A stretch of DNA of 64,000 nt from an uncultured Planctomycetota bacterium (GCA_963823665.1 CAWGMQ010000010.1:1152001-1216000), one strand, 5' to 3'; shown: positions 43,228 through 55,760, counted from the stretch's first letter. Program-made: numbers and translations. Notes: generated by a model not told the origin, from the sequence alone.

Positions 43228-46200
43228 TCAAGGCTGTCGAATCGCTGGTAGCTTGGCGCTCGTGACTTTGGTGCCGGTTTTGCTGAGGACGGCGGTGAAA
43301 TTCGCGCCTGGCTGTCCCGAATCGTTGCCGTCCAGCTCGCGGCCGAGGGCGTCGAGCAGGCTGGCCGCTTTGACTGTGAGCTCCAGCGGCGGGTTTAGCG
43401 CCAGCGTCTTTCGGGTGAGGAGACTCACTGTGAACGCCGAGGAGTTGTAGGTTGCCTGGGAGAGCTGCACGGGCTTGCTCTTCTGTGTCTTGTTGTTCGG
43501 GATGGTGGCCAGGGTGTACGCGTTGATGTTCTGCGCGTCCGCCGAATCGAGAGCCTCGCTGAATTGGAGGACGATGCCTTGCACGGTCTTGTGCTTGCTC
43601 AACTTGAACTTTTCGACGGTGACGCTTTGGACAGTCGCCGGGGCGAGGATCACGGTGAGCGTGCCGGGCACGTACGTGATTGCGTAGTTGGGCGAGCTGG
43701 CACCACCCAACGTGATCGGGTAGCTGCCGGGTGTGCTTGACGGGGTCGCGGTTGTGCTGAGCACAGGCGGGGTTGTGAGATTAGCCGGTGTGTCGCCGCT
43801 TACGAACCCGGTGATCGTGTACGTCAGGGCTGGCAGCGACGAGCCGGAGACCGTTGATTCGTTGTTCGCCCGCACCGTCAACTGCGCCGGGTGAACCGTT
43901 AGTTGGCTCGAGCCGTGGGCGGCGAGGAACACACCGTCGGTCGCGTAGTTGTAGGTGACGATGTAGGCCGTCGAGCGAGCGTCCAGGACCACGTCCGCTC
44001 TGGTGAATTGGGTCGAGAACGAACCGTCGGAGGCGATTGTGGCGTCATGCGTGACACCGTCGACCGTGACGGCGACGTCTTCTCCAGCCGGCACCTGCAC
44101 GCCGGCGGCGACTGTGCCTGAGACACTCACTGCGCTGCCGTAGCTGACTGTCTGGTCCCTCAGCCCGGCGAAGCTCGGCCCGATCTGGTTGGTCAGATTG
44201 TACGAAGCCGACGACGTCACTCCGACGGCTGAGGCGGTCACGGCGAAGGTGCCGGCCGTCGCGTTCGCCGCGGCTGTGACACTCGCCAGGCCGCTCGCGC
44301 CGGTCACCGCCGAGCTGGCACTGAGCGCGGCACTGGCGGCCAACGATGGTGCGCTGAAACTGATCGTCACACCCGGCAGCGGTGCGCTCGCAAAATCTTC
44401 GGTCAAGACCGCGATGAGCGGAGAACCGAACGGCAGGTTGACCAGGGTGCTTTGAGGGCTTCCCGAGGAGACTGCGAGGGTGTAACCCTGATCCTGGAAC
44501 GCACCGATGTCGACGCTGCCGGCAGTTGGGCGAGGCGCACCTCGCTGGTCGGTGGTGACACCGCTCGCGGCCGTGCCCGCGCCGATGGCGGCGCTGCCGG
44601 GCACGAGCCCCATGGTTTGGGTAGGGCCACCGTAGTCGCCGAGTGGGGCCAACCCCGGGTCGAGGACGCCGACCAAGTTGCCGTCGACCTCGTTGACAAG
44701 CCCCCCTGAGCCGCCGGTACCGATCAGGTTGTTCAAGCCCGAAGCGGTGCCAGGACCGCCGATGTCGCTGGCGCCGGAAACATCTGAATTGGTGGCGACG
44801 ATCGTGTTATTGAGCGTGGCCGTGCCGGAGAGATAGATGCCGCCGGAGGCGGAGGTGCTTGTGTTGCCACTGACAGTGCAGTTGGTCAGCGCGGTCGTCG
44901 TTTCGAAGCTATTGATGCCGCCTCCGACTCCGTCGGCAGTGTTGTCGCTGACGGTGCAGTTGGTGAGCGCAGTGGGGCCGCTGGTGCTGATGCCACCACC
45001 GCCGCCGGCGGCGGAGTTGCCGCTCAGGGCGCAGGCGGTCAGGGTGGTCATGCCGCCGATGATGATGCCTCCGCCGTAGCCGCCGGCGGTGTTGTCGCCG
45101 ACGGTGGTGGCGGAGAGCGCCATCGTGCCGTAGCTGGCCAAGCCGCCGCCGTTAACAACGGCGGAGTTGCCGCTGACGGTGACGCCGTCCAGCGTGGTCG
45201 TGCCGCTGTTCCACACGCCGGCGCCGCTCTGTGAGGCAGAGTTTCCGCTGATTGTGCAGCCCGTGATGGTCGTCGATGGGCCGTTGTTCCAGAGTCCGCC
45301 GCCGTACTTCGCCCGGTTGTCGCTGAAGGTGCAGTTGGCCAACGCGGCCGTGCCCGCGAAGTTGCCCAGGCCACCGCCGGCGTCGCCGGCAGAGTTGCCG
45401 CTGACGGTGCAGTTGGTGAGCGTGGTCGTCGTTTCGAAGCTGTTGATGCCGCCGCCGTCTTGGTCGGCGGTGTTGTTGCTGACGGTGCAGTTGGTGAGCA
45501 TGGTCGAGCCGCTGGTGCTGATGCCACCACCGCCGCCGGCGGCGGAGTTGCCGCTGACGGTGACGCCGTCCAGCGTGGTTGTGCCATTGTTGAACAGACC
45601 GCCGCCGTAGCCGGTCGTCGAGCCCCCCGTGATCGTCAGATCCGAGATCGACGCGGTGACCATTTCGTCGACCTGGAACACCCGGCTTGTCCCTCCGCCG
45701 CTGACCGTGACGCCTGCCGCCGGGCCGGTGATCGTCTGCGGACCCGTCGTGTCGCTCAGCTCGAGCTGGCCCTGAGTGAGCAAGATTGTCTGGGCTGCGG
45801 CGAAGACGGTCGGATCGAAGCTGATGGTCTCGGCGCCGCCCAGCGCGTTGGCCAGGTTAACGGCCTGGCGCAGGCTCAGGACGCCAGAGGGCGAACCATT
45901 GCCGTCGAGCGTCGTATCGACCACCATGGCAGTCTGAGTCTGGAAGGCGCCGATATCGGGGGGCGAGTCAAGTGGCTGGCCACGCTGGTCGGTCGTGATG
46001 CCGCTCGCGGCCGTGCCGGCGCCGATTGCCGCGCTGCCGGGCAATAGAGCCATGGTTTCGGTCGGGCCGCCGTATTCGCCCAATGGGGCCAGGCCCAAGT
46101 TCGTAAGGCTGGTCAGGACGATGTTGCCGCTGTTGCCGCCGGTGATCCCGCCTGAGCCGCCGGTGCCGATCAGGTTGTTTGAGCCCGAAACGCTGCCAGG

Positions 46201-47385
46201 ACCGGCGATGTCGCTGGCGCCGGAAGAGTCCGTATTGCCGGCGACGATCGTGCTGCTAAGCGTGGCCGTGCCGGAGAGGTAGATGCCGCCGAAACCGGAG
46301 GTGCTCATATTGTCGCTGACGGTGCAATTCGTCAGCGCGGTTGAGCCAGCGCTGCTCATGCCGCCGCCACCGTCAGCGGCGGAGTTGCCGCTGACTGTGC
46401 AATTGGTCAGGGTGGCCAGAGCATTGATGCTGATCCCGCCGCCGAATTTGTCGGAGGTGTTTTCGCTGACGGTGCAACTGGTCAGCATGGTGGGGCAGAC
46501 GCTGCTCATGCCGCCGCCACTGTCAGCGGCGGAGTTGCCGCTGACGGTGCAACTGGTCAGCGCGGCAGTGCCGTCGTTGCAGCTCAGGCCGCCGCCGAAC
46601 CCGGAAGCGGAGTTGTCGCTGACGGTGCAATTGGTCAGCGTGGTTGGGCCGCCGCTGCTGATTCCGCCGCCATTCTCAGCGGCGGAGTTGCCGCTGACGG
46701 TGCAGTCGGTCATTTTGGTTGTGCCGTCGATGCTGATCCCGCCGCCGAATTTGTCGGAGGTGTTGTCGCTGACGGTGCAACTGGTCAACGTGGTCGTGCC
46801 GTCGCTGCTGATGCCGCCGCCACTGTCACCGGCGGAATTGCCGCTGACGGTGCAGTTGGTTAGCGCGATCGTGCCTCCGTTCGATACGCCGCCGCCGAGT
46901 CCGGTCGTCGAGCCCCCGCTGATCGTGAGGCCGGAGAGCGACGCAGTGACGCCGTTGTCGACCTGGAAGACCCGGACCGTGCCGCCGCCGCTGACGGTCG
47001 CAGCTCCCGCGCCGGGTCCGTCGATCACCTCAGGGCCGGCGGTTTCGGCGAGCTCCAGGGTTGCACCCAGCGTGATCGTTTGGGGTGAGGTTGAATTGAA
47101 CACTGCCGCGTCGAAGTCGATCTCGCTTCCATCGGCGTTGGGATTGGCGTTGGCCTGTGAGATGACGTAAGGGAGCGTGCCGGACGTGCCCGAACCCGAG
47201 GCGCTATTTCCCGGGTCATCGACCGTGAAGATCGTTGGCGAGAGCACCACGCGTGTTTCCAGCAGCTCGAGCTGGGGCTGCTGACTTCTTGGACGGCGGT
47301 CGCGCCATGGACAACGCGCGGATGATTGCGGAGATTCCGAACGTCGATTTCCCTGCGGCTCTCGATTGTCGGGTCGATGCATCAT
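43228..47385 (-). CDS. Large secreted beta-helix protein (Pmp/choice-of-anchor-Q-like repeats, Ig-like, MBG domain)
   Basis: LELLETRVVLS leader; LTNCTVSGNSA..GGG repeats; LGDYGGPTQTM..GSAAIG..DQRG; YPITLGGASSPNYAITYVPGTLTV. Confidence 0.9.
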   Translation of the reverse strand: MMHRPDNREPQGNRRSESPQSSARCPWRDRRPRSQQPQLELLETRVVLSPTIFTVDDPGNSASGSGTSGTLPYVISQANANPNADGSEIDFDAAVFNSTSPQTITLGATLELAETAGPEVIDGPGAGAATVSGGGTVRVFQVDNGVTASLSGLTISGGSTTGLGGGVSNGGTIALTNCTVSGNSAGDSGGGISSDGTTTLTSCTVSDNTSDKFGGGISIDGTTKMTDCTVSGNSAAENGGGISSGGPTTLTNCTVSDNSASGFGGGLSCNDGTAALTSCTVSGNSAADSGGGMSSVCPTMLTSCTVSENTSDKFGGGISINALATLTNCTVSGNSAADGGGGMSSAGSTALTNCTVSDNMSTSGFGGIYLSGTATLSSTIVAGNTDSSGASDIAGPGSVSGSNNLIGTGGSGGITGGNSGNIVLTSLTNLGLAPLGEYGGPTETMALLPGSAAIGAGTAASGITTDQRGQPLDSPPDIGAFQTQTAMVVDTTLDGNGSPSGVLSLRQAVNLANALGGAETISFDPTVFAAAQTILLTQGQLELSDTTGPQTITGPAAGVTVSGGGTSRVFQVDEMVTASISDLTITGGSTTGYGGGLFNNGTTTLDGVTVSGNSAAGGGGGISTSGSTMLTNCTVSNNTADQDGGGINSFETTTTLTNCTVSGNSAGDAGGGLGNFAGTAALANCTFSDNRAKYGGGLWNNGPSTTITGCTISGNSASQSGAGVWNSGTTTLDGVTVSGNSAVVNGGGLASYGTMALSATTVGDNTAGGYGGGIIIGGMTTLTACALSGNSAAGGGGGISTSGPTALTNCTVSDNTADGVGGGINSFETTTALTNCTVSGNTSTSASGGIYLSGTATLNNTIVATNSDVSGASDIGGPGTASGLNNLIGTGGSGGLVNEVDGNLVGVLDPGLAPLGDYGGPTQTMGLVPGSAAIGAGTAASGVTTDQRGAPRPTAGSVDIGAFQDQGYTLAVSSGSPQSTLVNLPFGSPLIAVLTEDFASAPLPGVTISFSAPSLAASAALSASSAVTGASGLASVTAAANATAGTFAVTASAVGVTSSASYNLTNQIGPSFAGLRDQTVSYGSAVSVSGTVAAGVQVPAGEDVAVTVDGVTHDATIASDGSFSTQFTRADVVLDARSTAYIVTYNYATDGVFLAAHGSSQLTVHPAQLTVRANNESTVSGSSLPALTYTITGFVSGDTPANLTTPPVLSTTATPSSTPGSYPITLGGASSPNYAITYVPGTLTVILAPATVQSVTVEKFKLSKHKTVQGIVLQFSEALDSADAQNINAYTLATIPNNKTQKSKPVQLSQATYNSSAFTVSLLTRKTLALNPPLELTVKAASLLDALGRELDGNDSGQPGANFTAVLSKTGTKVTSAKLPAIRQP

Positions 47386-47410
47386 TGTGGTTCCCTTCTC
47401 GAAACGCTGT

Positions 47411-49606
47411 TCAGGACGTTGTGACTGTCCCGTACATGTTGTTGCCGCTGGTGGATGCAATGTTTGCAAGAATGAGCGAATTCTTGAGCGTTACACCGGC
47501 GCCGGCGACGATGTAGAGGCCGCCGCCGAAGCCATCGCCTTCGCTGGCGCCGCAACCGGCGAGTCCGCCGATGGCGAGGTTAGCGATGATGACGGTCTGG
47601 TCCAGGGTCGCGGTACCGCCAGAGCCGACGTAGATTCCGCCGCCCTCGCCGTTGCTGCCACCGCCGCCCTGGGCCTGGTTGCCGCTGATCGCGCTGTTGC
47701 TGACGGTGACCACGCTGGCGTTCAAGGGGCCATAGCCTGAGGAGTTAAAATTGCCAAGGTAATCAAAGATGCCGCCGCCCGCGCCAACGCCGGCGAAGAC
47801 GGCCCCGGTGCCGCCGCCCGTGTTACCAACACCACCGCTGGCCTGGTTTTGGTCCAGGTTGCTGCTGCCGACGCTAAGCATACCCCCCAGGTAATTCGCG
47901 ATGCCCGCGCCAACGCCGGCGCCGACAAGGTCCGCCACGCTGGCAGTCCCGCTGTTGTTGTTGCCGCCCTGGGCATCGTTCTGGGTAATGGTGCAGTCGC
48001 TGACGGCGACCGTGTTCGGCCCGAGCTCGCTGCCACCGAAGCAAGAAACGATCGCGCCGCCCAGGCTTTCGCCGACCAGCACCACGGCGCCGGTTCCCGT
48101 GTCGCCGTTGCCGGCGATTGCCGCATTGCTGTTAAAGGTGCAGCCAGTGAGCGTGGCCGTAACTGCAAACCCACAGTAGACAGCTCCCCCCTCCGCACCA
48201 CCGACCTCGACGACATCGGTCCCGGTGGCCACGGCGTTATTGCCGCCGATGGCCTGATTGTGGCTGAAGCTGCAGTTGGTGATCTGAGCGGAGGCGAAAC
48301 TCACGTTGATGGCGCCGCCGTAGCTCGAGTCCACCTCGGGGTCCGACTGGCCTGAACCACTGTTTCCGCCGTTACCGGCCAAGGCCACGTTGTTCTCGAA
48401 AGTGCTGCCGCAGACGGTCAGGGAGGCGTTGGCGACGATGGCACCTCCGTCGGCCTGTCCGGCAACGACTCCGGTGCAGCCATTGCCGCCGATGGAGGAA
48501 TTGCCGCTGAAGATACAGCCGACGATGGTGGCCGGGCTAAAGATTGTGAGAGCGCCGTTGCCGACCCCAACGCTCGAGCCGTTCCCGCCAACGGATGAAT
48601 TGCCGCTGAAGGTGCTGGCGGTCATGGTGAGGGTACCGCCGTAAATCTCGATGCCGCCGCCGTTGACGTAGCCCGCGCCGCTGTTGGCACCGCCGGCGCC
48701 CTTGTTGTCGCTAATGATGCTATTGGTGATCACGAGCGTCGCACCCGAGTCAATTCCGCCTCCGCCCCCAGCGCCATCGCCGCTACTGTCGCCGCCGCGC
48801 ACCAGGTTGCCGCTGATGGTGCTGTTGCTGATCATGGCACTGCCCGCGACCACTTCAATGCCGCCGCCGCCGCCTGCACCGTCGCTGCTGTCGACGCCTC
48901 CCTGGGCCAGGTTGCCGCTGACCGTGCTGTTGTTAATCGTCACACTGCCGGCGGTGACGTTGATGCCGCCGCCGAACCCGTCGCCGTATGACGACGCGCC
49001 GGCAGCGCCAACTGCCCGGTTGCCACTGATCTGGCAGCCGGTGATGGTCAGATCTCCCGCCAGACTCTGGATGCCGCCGCCTTGGGCGCCGCTGGTGGTG
49101 CTCTCGTTGGTCACGTTCTGGGACAGGACGTCGCCGGCCAGCGTCAAGTTCGCGCCGTCGTCGAGGATGCCGCCACCCTGGTCGGCGGCGTAGCCGTGCG
49201 TGATCGTCAGACCGCTGATGGTCACGTCCTGCCCGGCCGCGACCTCGAAAACCCGGTTGGCGTTGTCGCCGCTGATGGCTAGGTGGGTGGCGCCCGGTCC
49301 GTCGATGGTCAGGTTGACGCCGACTGTGAGCTCGCCGGAAGTCAACGTGATCGTCTGGCCATTGAGCTTGGACGAAAAGTCGATGGTGTCGCCACTCGTG
49401 GCAGCGGCGATCGTGGCGCGCAGCGAGCCATTTCCACTGTCGTTGTTGTTCGTGACCGTCAGCGTGCTCAGCAACGTGCGGTCTTCCATCAAGTCGACGC
49501 CGGGTACAAACCGCCTCCGAGAGGCATCAGAACGGGGACGCGACGATATTCCCTTTCGAGTCACTCGGATCGATCTCTTTGAAAGGCTCTCAAAGCGCAG
49601 CATCAT
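47411..49606 (-). CDS. Secreted Gly-rich beta-helix protein, paralog of 40974..43019
   Basis: Very similar N- and C-termini, divergent middle. Confidence 0.88.
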   Translation of the reverse strand: MMLRFESLSKRSIRVTRKGISSRPRSDASRRRFVPGVDLMEDRTLLSTLTVTNNNDSGNGSLRATIAAATSGDTIDFSSKLNGQTITLTSGELTVGVNLTIDGPGATHLAISGDNANRVFEVAAGQDVTISGLTITHGYAADQGGGILDDGANLTLAGDVLSQNVTNESTTSGAQGGGIQSLAGDLTITGCQISGNRAVGAAGASSYGDGFGGGINVTAGSVTINNSTVSGNLAQGGVDSSDGAGGGGGIEVVAGSAMISNSTISGNLVRGGDSSGDGAGGGGGIDSGATLVITNSIISDNKGAGGANSGAGYVNGGGIEIYGGTLTMTASTFSGNSSVGGNGSSVGVGNGALTIFSPATIVGCIFSGNSSIGGNGCTGVVAGQADGGAIVANASLTVCGSTFENNVALAGNGGNSGSGQSDPEVDSSYGGAINVSFASAQITNCSFSHNQAIGGNNAVATGTDVVEVGGAEGGAVYCGFAVTATLTGCTFNSNAAIAGNGDTGTGAVVLVGESLGGAIVSCFGGSELGPNTVAVSDCTITQNDAQGGNNNSGTASVADLVGAGVGAGIANYLGGMLSVGSSNLDQNQASGGVGNTGGGTGAVFAGVGAGGGIFDYLGNFNSSGYGPLNASVVTVSNSAISGNQAQGGGGSNGEGGGIYVGSGGTATLDQTVIIANLAIGGLAGCGASEGDGFGGGLYIVAGAGVTLKNSLILANIASTSGNNMYGTVTTS

Positions 49607-50123
49607 CGTGCTCTCCTGGTGTTGAAGATGAGGTTCAACTCATCACAGAGGGATACGCAGGTGCCGAGAGATTCTTACAGGGCGATCGCGATTTTTTCCC
49701 AGCGCGATGTCCTCGTTGGCTGATCGGGGCTTGGCGGCGCGAACGTAGAGATATGTCAGGGATAGCTGGACGCATCCGGGTGATCCCTTGTCGAGTGGCT
49801 CAAATCACAGCTCAACCACGTGAGGCTTAGCTGCGCGTTTGGAGTGCATGAATGATTGAGCGAAATCGGCATCCCTGGAGATGTCGATTTCCCTAATTTC
49901 ATAACCGCGCACGGCAGTCGATCGTAGACAGAGAATCGAGCGAAATGGAGAAATGGCCATATTGCGCGAGACGTCTCGTCAAGAAAGAACGAACTTCGCC
50001 TTCGGTCCGAACACGGCCGTTGCATGCCCGATGACACGGAGGTCACGGAGGAATTGGGAAGAAAACACGAGGCGGGTGGAGAGGGACGCGGGTGAGGGGT
50101 GCAAGTGACCGAGAACGCAGAGG

Positions 50124-53100
50124 TCACGGGAGGATACGGAGTGGATCGGAGGGAACGCTCGGGCCAGCCAGCACCGCATCGGCCTCGGCGCGATACTCGG
50201 CCAGCTCCTTGGCGTGTTGGGCTGAAAGGGATTTCTGCTCTCCCACCCAGCGCACCGCGCGGTCAAAGCACCCATGCGCCTCGGCGCGGTGGCCCAGCCT
50301 GTGGTGCGCCATGGCCAGGAAGAAGAGGTCGAATGCGGCGGATTCGCCATTGCCGGCCTTCAGGCTTTTTTCCAGCGATGTGATCGCTTCGGCGAACTTG
50401 CCTGCCCGGCAGAGTGCAATGCCCAAGGTGTTAAGGCTGTTATGTTCCCCCGGAACGAGCGCGACGGAAAAGGCCGCCAGCCTGGCCGCGAGCGCCGGGT
50501 CGCGCTGGGGCTTGGGGCCCGTCGCGAGTATCCAGGACAGGTTGTTCATGATGGTGTCCAGTTGGTAGATCGTGCGCACCGTCTCGGGATCGGCCTGAAA
50601 TGCCGACTCGAGCTGATCCAGAGCCGGCGCGTAGCGTTTGAGGTCGAGCAGGCACATTCCTTGATTGGCCCGTAGATCGCCTTCGAGCGGACGAAGGGCG
50701 CACGCGGCGGAGAAATCGGCCAGGGCCTGATCGAAGTGCTTCAGCCTGCGCAGCGCGTGGCCACGCTTGTGCAGGGCGTCCGTGTCATCCGGATGCGCTT
50801 TTAGCCGGTCGGTGTAGCGGGCGACGAGGTCCTCGGCCGGAACTTCCTGTTGCTGGAGGTGGCTTTCGAGTTGCTCGATCACGGTGCGGAGCGGCCCGTG
50901 GTCGACCTTGAGCGTGGGCAGGGGAAGCGCGGAGGGTCCGGCCGCGTCGTCCGCGGAATAGGGCGGCGAGACCCAATCGAGGCCCATTCCGGCCAGACGG
51001 CTTCGGATGACTCGCAAATCCCAGACGTGGACGGCCGGTCCATCTGCTGTGGTCACCACGAGCCGCGATCCGTCCGGGCTGAACGTCGCGTACGCGGCAT
51101 CGCAAAGGTCGGGGCTTTCCAGGCGCGTGACCGTGCGGCCGGTGCCTGTCTCGACGATGCGAATGAACTTGCTGTCGTCCTGGACGGCCAGCAAGCGCCC
51201 ATCACGCGAGAAGCACAGGCCGTGTCCGCCGATTTGCAGTTCCTCGAGCCAGGTGCCGGCGGCCCACAGGCGACACGGTGCCACAGTCGTAAGGATCCAC
51301 TGTCCATCCGGACTGAAGCGAACTCCGCCGTTCTGAACGCCTGGTAGTTTGACAACCTCCGAGGCGTCCGAGATTCGCCAGATTTGAACGCCACCGGCCG
51401 CGTGACTCGCTGTGCCAAGCCACTGGCCGTCGGGGCTGACGGCGACGGCACGGGCGTCGTCGAGCGGCTCGACCTTGAGCTTGCGTTCTGGCGTGAGAAT
51501 CGCGGCGTGGGTGTGGTTTGCCTCGGCGACCACCCGGCTCTGCTGGTCAACGGCAATCTCAGCACCGCTTGGCGGCAAAGGCAGCCGGGTTGGGGGCCCG
51601 ATCTTGACGACGCCCCGATCCGTGTCCACCTTCAGCGGCCAGCGCCACATGCCGAGCACGCCGCTGGTCAGCAAATCGCCCGATTCTTCGAACTGACTGT
51701 GGAATGCCAGCCCGATGCGCAAAAGCCCGAGCTCCGTGCCGTGGGCCAGGTCCCAGAGCACCACGCCGTGCTCCGTGCCGACGGCCAGAATTCGCCCGTC
51801 ATGCCGGATCGACGCGTGGGCGTAGTAGATTTCGTGGCTTGTGGCGTGGGCCAAGGTGCGGTATTCGACGGCTGGATTGACCTGATACGTGGTCAGTTTG
51901 CCCTCGGACGAAACGGCAATCCGGCCGTCCCGGCTGAATTCAGCCCAGGACGAGCTCGGGACGCTCAGCGCTAACCGGCCCAGGATGGCGTCCCAGAGCC
52001 GCAGACCTCCGTAGTTACCGACGCTCGCCAGCAGTGTGCCGTGAGGGTGAAAGGAAACCTTCAATCCGCCGGTGGGGATTTCGAGGGTTGTCCTCCGAAT
52101 CCCGGTGGCGAGGTCCATAAGATCAATCCTCTTGTGCGATGTGATCGCGAGTGTGGTGCCGTCGGGGCTCCAGTCCATCTTGCCGTCTCCGAGCGATGGA
52201 AACGATCGAACGACGCGGCCCGACTCCGCATCAATAACCGTGCAGGCAGGTTTTCCGTTCTCCGAGCAGACGAGCGCAATTGCGCCCGTCCGCGCGGAAA
52301 GCTAGATCCGAGGGTGACGGCAACGGCCAGCGCTTGAGCCGGTGACCGGTCGCCAGGTCGTAGACGTGGAGTGCGCCATCTGCCGAACACGCGGCAATCC
52401 GCAGGCTGTCCGGGCTGAACTTGGCCGAGCTCGACGGCAGAAACGGCCCCTTTTCATCGAGCGATTTCTCGACCCGGTCGACGTCCCAAACGGTCAGTCC
52501 GGCGTCGGGAGCGTGCGTGGTCGCGAGGTACCGGCCGTCAGGGCTGAAGCTGAACGTCAAGATGTCGCGATCGCCACGGGCATTGAACTGAGCGATTTGT
52601 TGATCGTCGGCGACGCGGCGTACCAGGATTGTCCCATCCAGAAACCGGAGCGCGTAGCGGGTCATGGCAGAGTCGAAAGTGAATAGTACGGCGCCCTCCG
52701 GCAGGGGAATGACCCGACCCGTGGCTTTCAGGTCAGGCAGCGCCATGCAGGCGATCGCAGCATCGCGGAGCAGCTCGAACCGCTCAGGTTCGAGCTTGAG
52801 CTCACGGCCAATCTCGGCTGCGTCGGCGAGGGCGTCAAGGCTCTCGAAACGCTGCCCCTTGCGATGGCTGAAGCGCTTTGCCTGGGCTTGCGAAAGCAGC
52901 GAATCGAACAACTTCTCGCGGGCATCGCTGAAGTGGATGGCGATCTGGTTGCGCTGATTGCGATAAGTGATTGCATAGACCGTCGAGATGATGGCCAGGA
53001 TCGTCGTGAGAGCTGCTGCGGCGATATTGGCCGCCGCAAGCTTGGGGTTGCGCTTGCACCACAGCCGGAACTGCTGGGGGTAGGAGATCGGCCGCGATCG

Positions 53101-54564
53101 GAGTGGCCGGTTTTCGACAAACCGCCGCAATTCGGCGGCCATTTCGAGGGCGGTTGCGAACCGGTGCGCTGGGTCCTTGGCAAGGGCCTTGAGGACGATC
53201 GTTTCCAGGTCGCGGGGAATTTTGTGATCGAGCTTACGAGGGGGCACCGGCGGGTCGTTGCCGATACGGTGAATCAACTCGAGCTGATCGCTTCCCTCGA
53301 ACGCGGGGCGAAAGGTCAGCAGCTCATAGAGCGTCGCACCCAAGGCGTAAATGTCACCGGCGCGGTCCGAGATACCCCGGAACCGCTCGGGGGCCATGTA
53401 CCGCAAGGTCCCGATCAGATCTTGCGACTTCGAGAGGTCGTCGCCCTCCTCGAACTTGGCCAGGCCGAAATCGGTGACCCAGATGTTACCGAGCGGATCG
53501 AGGATCAAGTTGGGCGGCTTGATGTCACGATGCAAGACGCCTCGCTCATGCGCGTAAGCAAGTGCATCGGCGACCTGGGCGCCCAGCCGGGCGACTTCGC
53601 GATAGTATCGAACATCGGGCTTTCCGGTCAGCGAGCTGGTTGTGCCGTTTTCTCGCACTCTCTCAGAATCGCCGGCGGCTTGTGATCTGGGAGGCAGGCC
53701 ATGCGGAGGACGGATCATGACTTCGGCCTGCCGCAGCTCGCGCAGGAAGCGACGGGTCGCGGCGCCATAGTCGCCTTCCCCCACGACCGGAGCGACAGCC
53801 TCCTCGGAAGGGGGCAAGGTCGCTTGCTCGCCTGGGTCGACGTCGGCGCCGGCGGACGGAAATTGACCGGTCAGGAACCCCAATGTGACGGTGTTCCTCA
53901 GGGAGTTCATCGCGCACCGTGCATCGTCTTCGCCGGCGATGTCATCGTGGGCACCCCGGGTCTTCGCGTGAACCGTCAGCGTCGCGGTATTCCCGTCGGG
54001 CACGCCTTCTTGTTCACGTCGGAGCTCGCGGATGTCTTCCAGAACCTTGTCCATGCTCTGCCCGGCGATAAACTGCATTGCGTAATAGCAGATGCCCTCG
54101 TGCTCGCCAAAGTCGAAGACGCTCACGATGTTTGTGTGGTGCAACCGTGCGGCGGAGCGGGCCTCGATGTGGAATCGACGGAGGTAGTTCGGGCGGTTGC
54201 GATACTGTGGGTGCATCACTTTGAGGGCGACGTGGCTGCGCAGCGACTCGCGGACGGCTTCGTAAACGACGCCCATGCCTCCTTCGCCCAAGTAGCGAAG
54301 GATCCGGTAATCGCCCAGCTGCGCGGGATCATCGCCGCGCGATGCCTGCGACGGCGCACTCAACGGCAAGCCAACGTCTTGTCGCTCGGGCTTGAAGTGT
54401 TCCACGAGAGCAAGCGCTGGAAACAGGTCGCGGATGTCGTCGGCATGATCGGGGTAGCGCTCGACGTACTCCGTAAGTGACGGATGCTCGCCCCGGCGCA
54501 GCCGGGCGGCGAATTCCTCGGCTAGCAGCTCGAAGGGATCGCGATCGGCACTTGTGTGGCTCAT
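50124..54564 (-). CDS. Ser/Thr kinase-WD40-TPR protein, frameshift near 52280
   Basis: GEGGMGVVY, HRDIKPPN, GTLRYMAPE; SPDG repeats; TPR tail (NTLGIALCRAGKF, DLFFLAMAHHRLG). Confidence 0.9.
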
Positions 54565-54594
54565 GGGCGATCCCCTTCCACCCTCTCGAATTGA

Positions 54595-55250
54595 TCAAAT
54601 TGGTCGGGAAGGCTGCGAGCCGTCACCGAGTCGGAGCGTGGGGGCCAGGATCTCCTTGAGGCGGCGCAGTGCGCGGACATAGCGTTTGCTGGCAGCGGCT
54701 TTCTGCAAGCCCAGGACGGCGGCGATCTCGCCGTTGCTTAGCTCTTCAAAGTGGCGCAGAGCGATCATCTCGCAGTCGATCGGGTCCATGGCGCTGAGCG
54801 CATCCTGGATCTTGATCTGGATTTCGGCCCGCATCACGGCCCGGCTCGGCGACGTCAGCCGGCCGAGGAGCTGGGCTGCCAGGGACCGCGAGTCGGCCGA
54901 GGGCAACGGACCGCTCTGGAGCGAAACCTCGCGCGCCGCATCGCGTCCGCGCACTCCGAGGTGGACGCGGTGAAGTGTGACGAGGCGCTGCACTGTCAGA
55001 AAGCGCAGCCAGACGAATGGCGGCATCTTGGGATCGGCGGCGAACTCGCCGAGCCGGCGCGAGGCGTCGAGAAAAGCTTCCTGAATGACATCCGATGGGT
55101 CGATGCGCCCTGCAGGCGCCTGTCGAGCCGTAGCTGGACCATGCGGCGGAGGCGATCGTGATGCGCGCGGAATAGCTCTCCGAGAGCTTGCTGCTCGCCT
55201 GCACAAATGCGGTGCAACAGGGATTGGTCGGCTCCGGTCTCACTGGACAT
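54595..55250 (-). CDS. ECF sigma factor, TIGR02984 planctomycete family, frameshift near 55110
   Basis: RLRRMVQLRLDRRLQG/RIDPSDVIQEAF, LRHFEELSNGEIA, ASKRYVRALRRLK. Confidence 0.9.
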
Positions 55251-55760
55251 GTCGATTCGATCCTCCCAACATCATAACCGCGCGCTACGCGTGATCGTAA
55301 ACAGGCCGGCGGGGCGATTTTTGGCGATTTGTGGCGCGGTCTGGGCCGGACCAACTGGGAGATTCTCCTGGTTTTGAGCGACCGGATCGGGCGTGCTCCG
55401 CAATCGACGTTGCTCACGGCGGTGGTTTCAGGGCAAGGCGGTCGCGCAGGTCGCGTTTCTGTAGGTAAGCGGCTGGCTCGCTCGTTCGCTCGCGAGCGCT
55501 GGTCGGAGCGGAAGACGCGGAATTCGATTGGATTCGAGGCCGGCCAGCGGCGTTCTCTTTCGCCGGCGTGGCTGACCGAGCGTGGTACAGCTCCAGAGGT
55601 TGGGTGTCTGGGTCCCCTTTTTGTTGACGTCGGGGGAACCCGCTTGCAGGTTGCAGGTCCCGATGTTGCGAAGGATGATAGTGCTTCAGATGACCATCAG
55701 CCATCAGCGGCAAGCCGGCCGTCGACGTCGAGCGCCCGAGTTCGGCCAAGGTATTTGATC

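Noticed and set aside
44800..46900. Short periodic repeats
   Set aside because: Coding beta-helix repeats of the secreted protein
55329..55760. N-terminal extension of the TIR ORF
   Set aside because: Not protein-like; the ATG at 55761 directly precedes the TIR box
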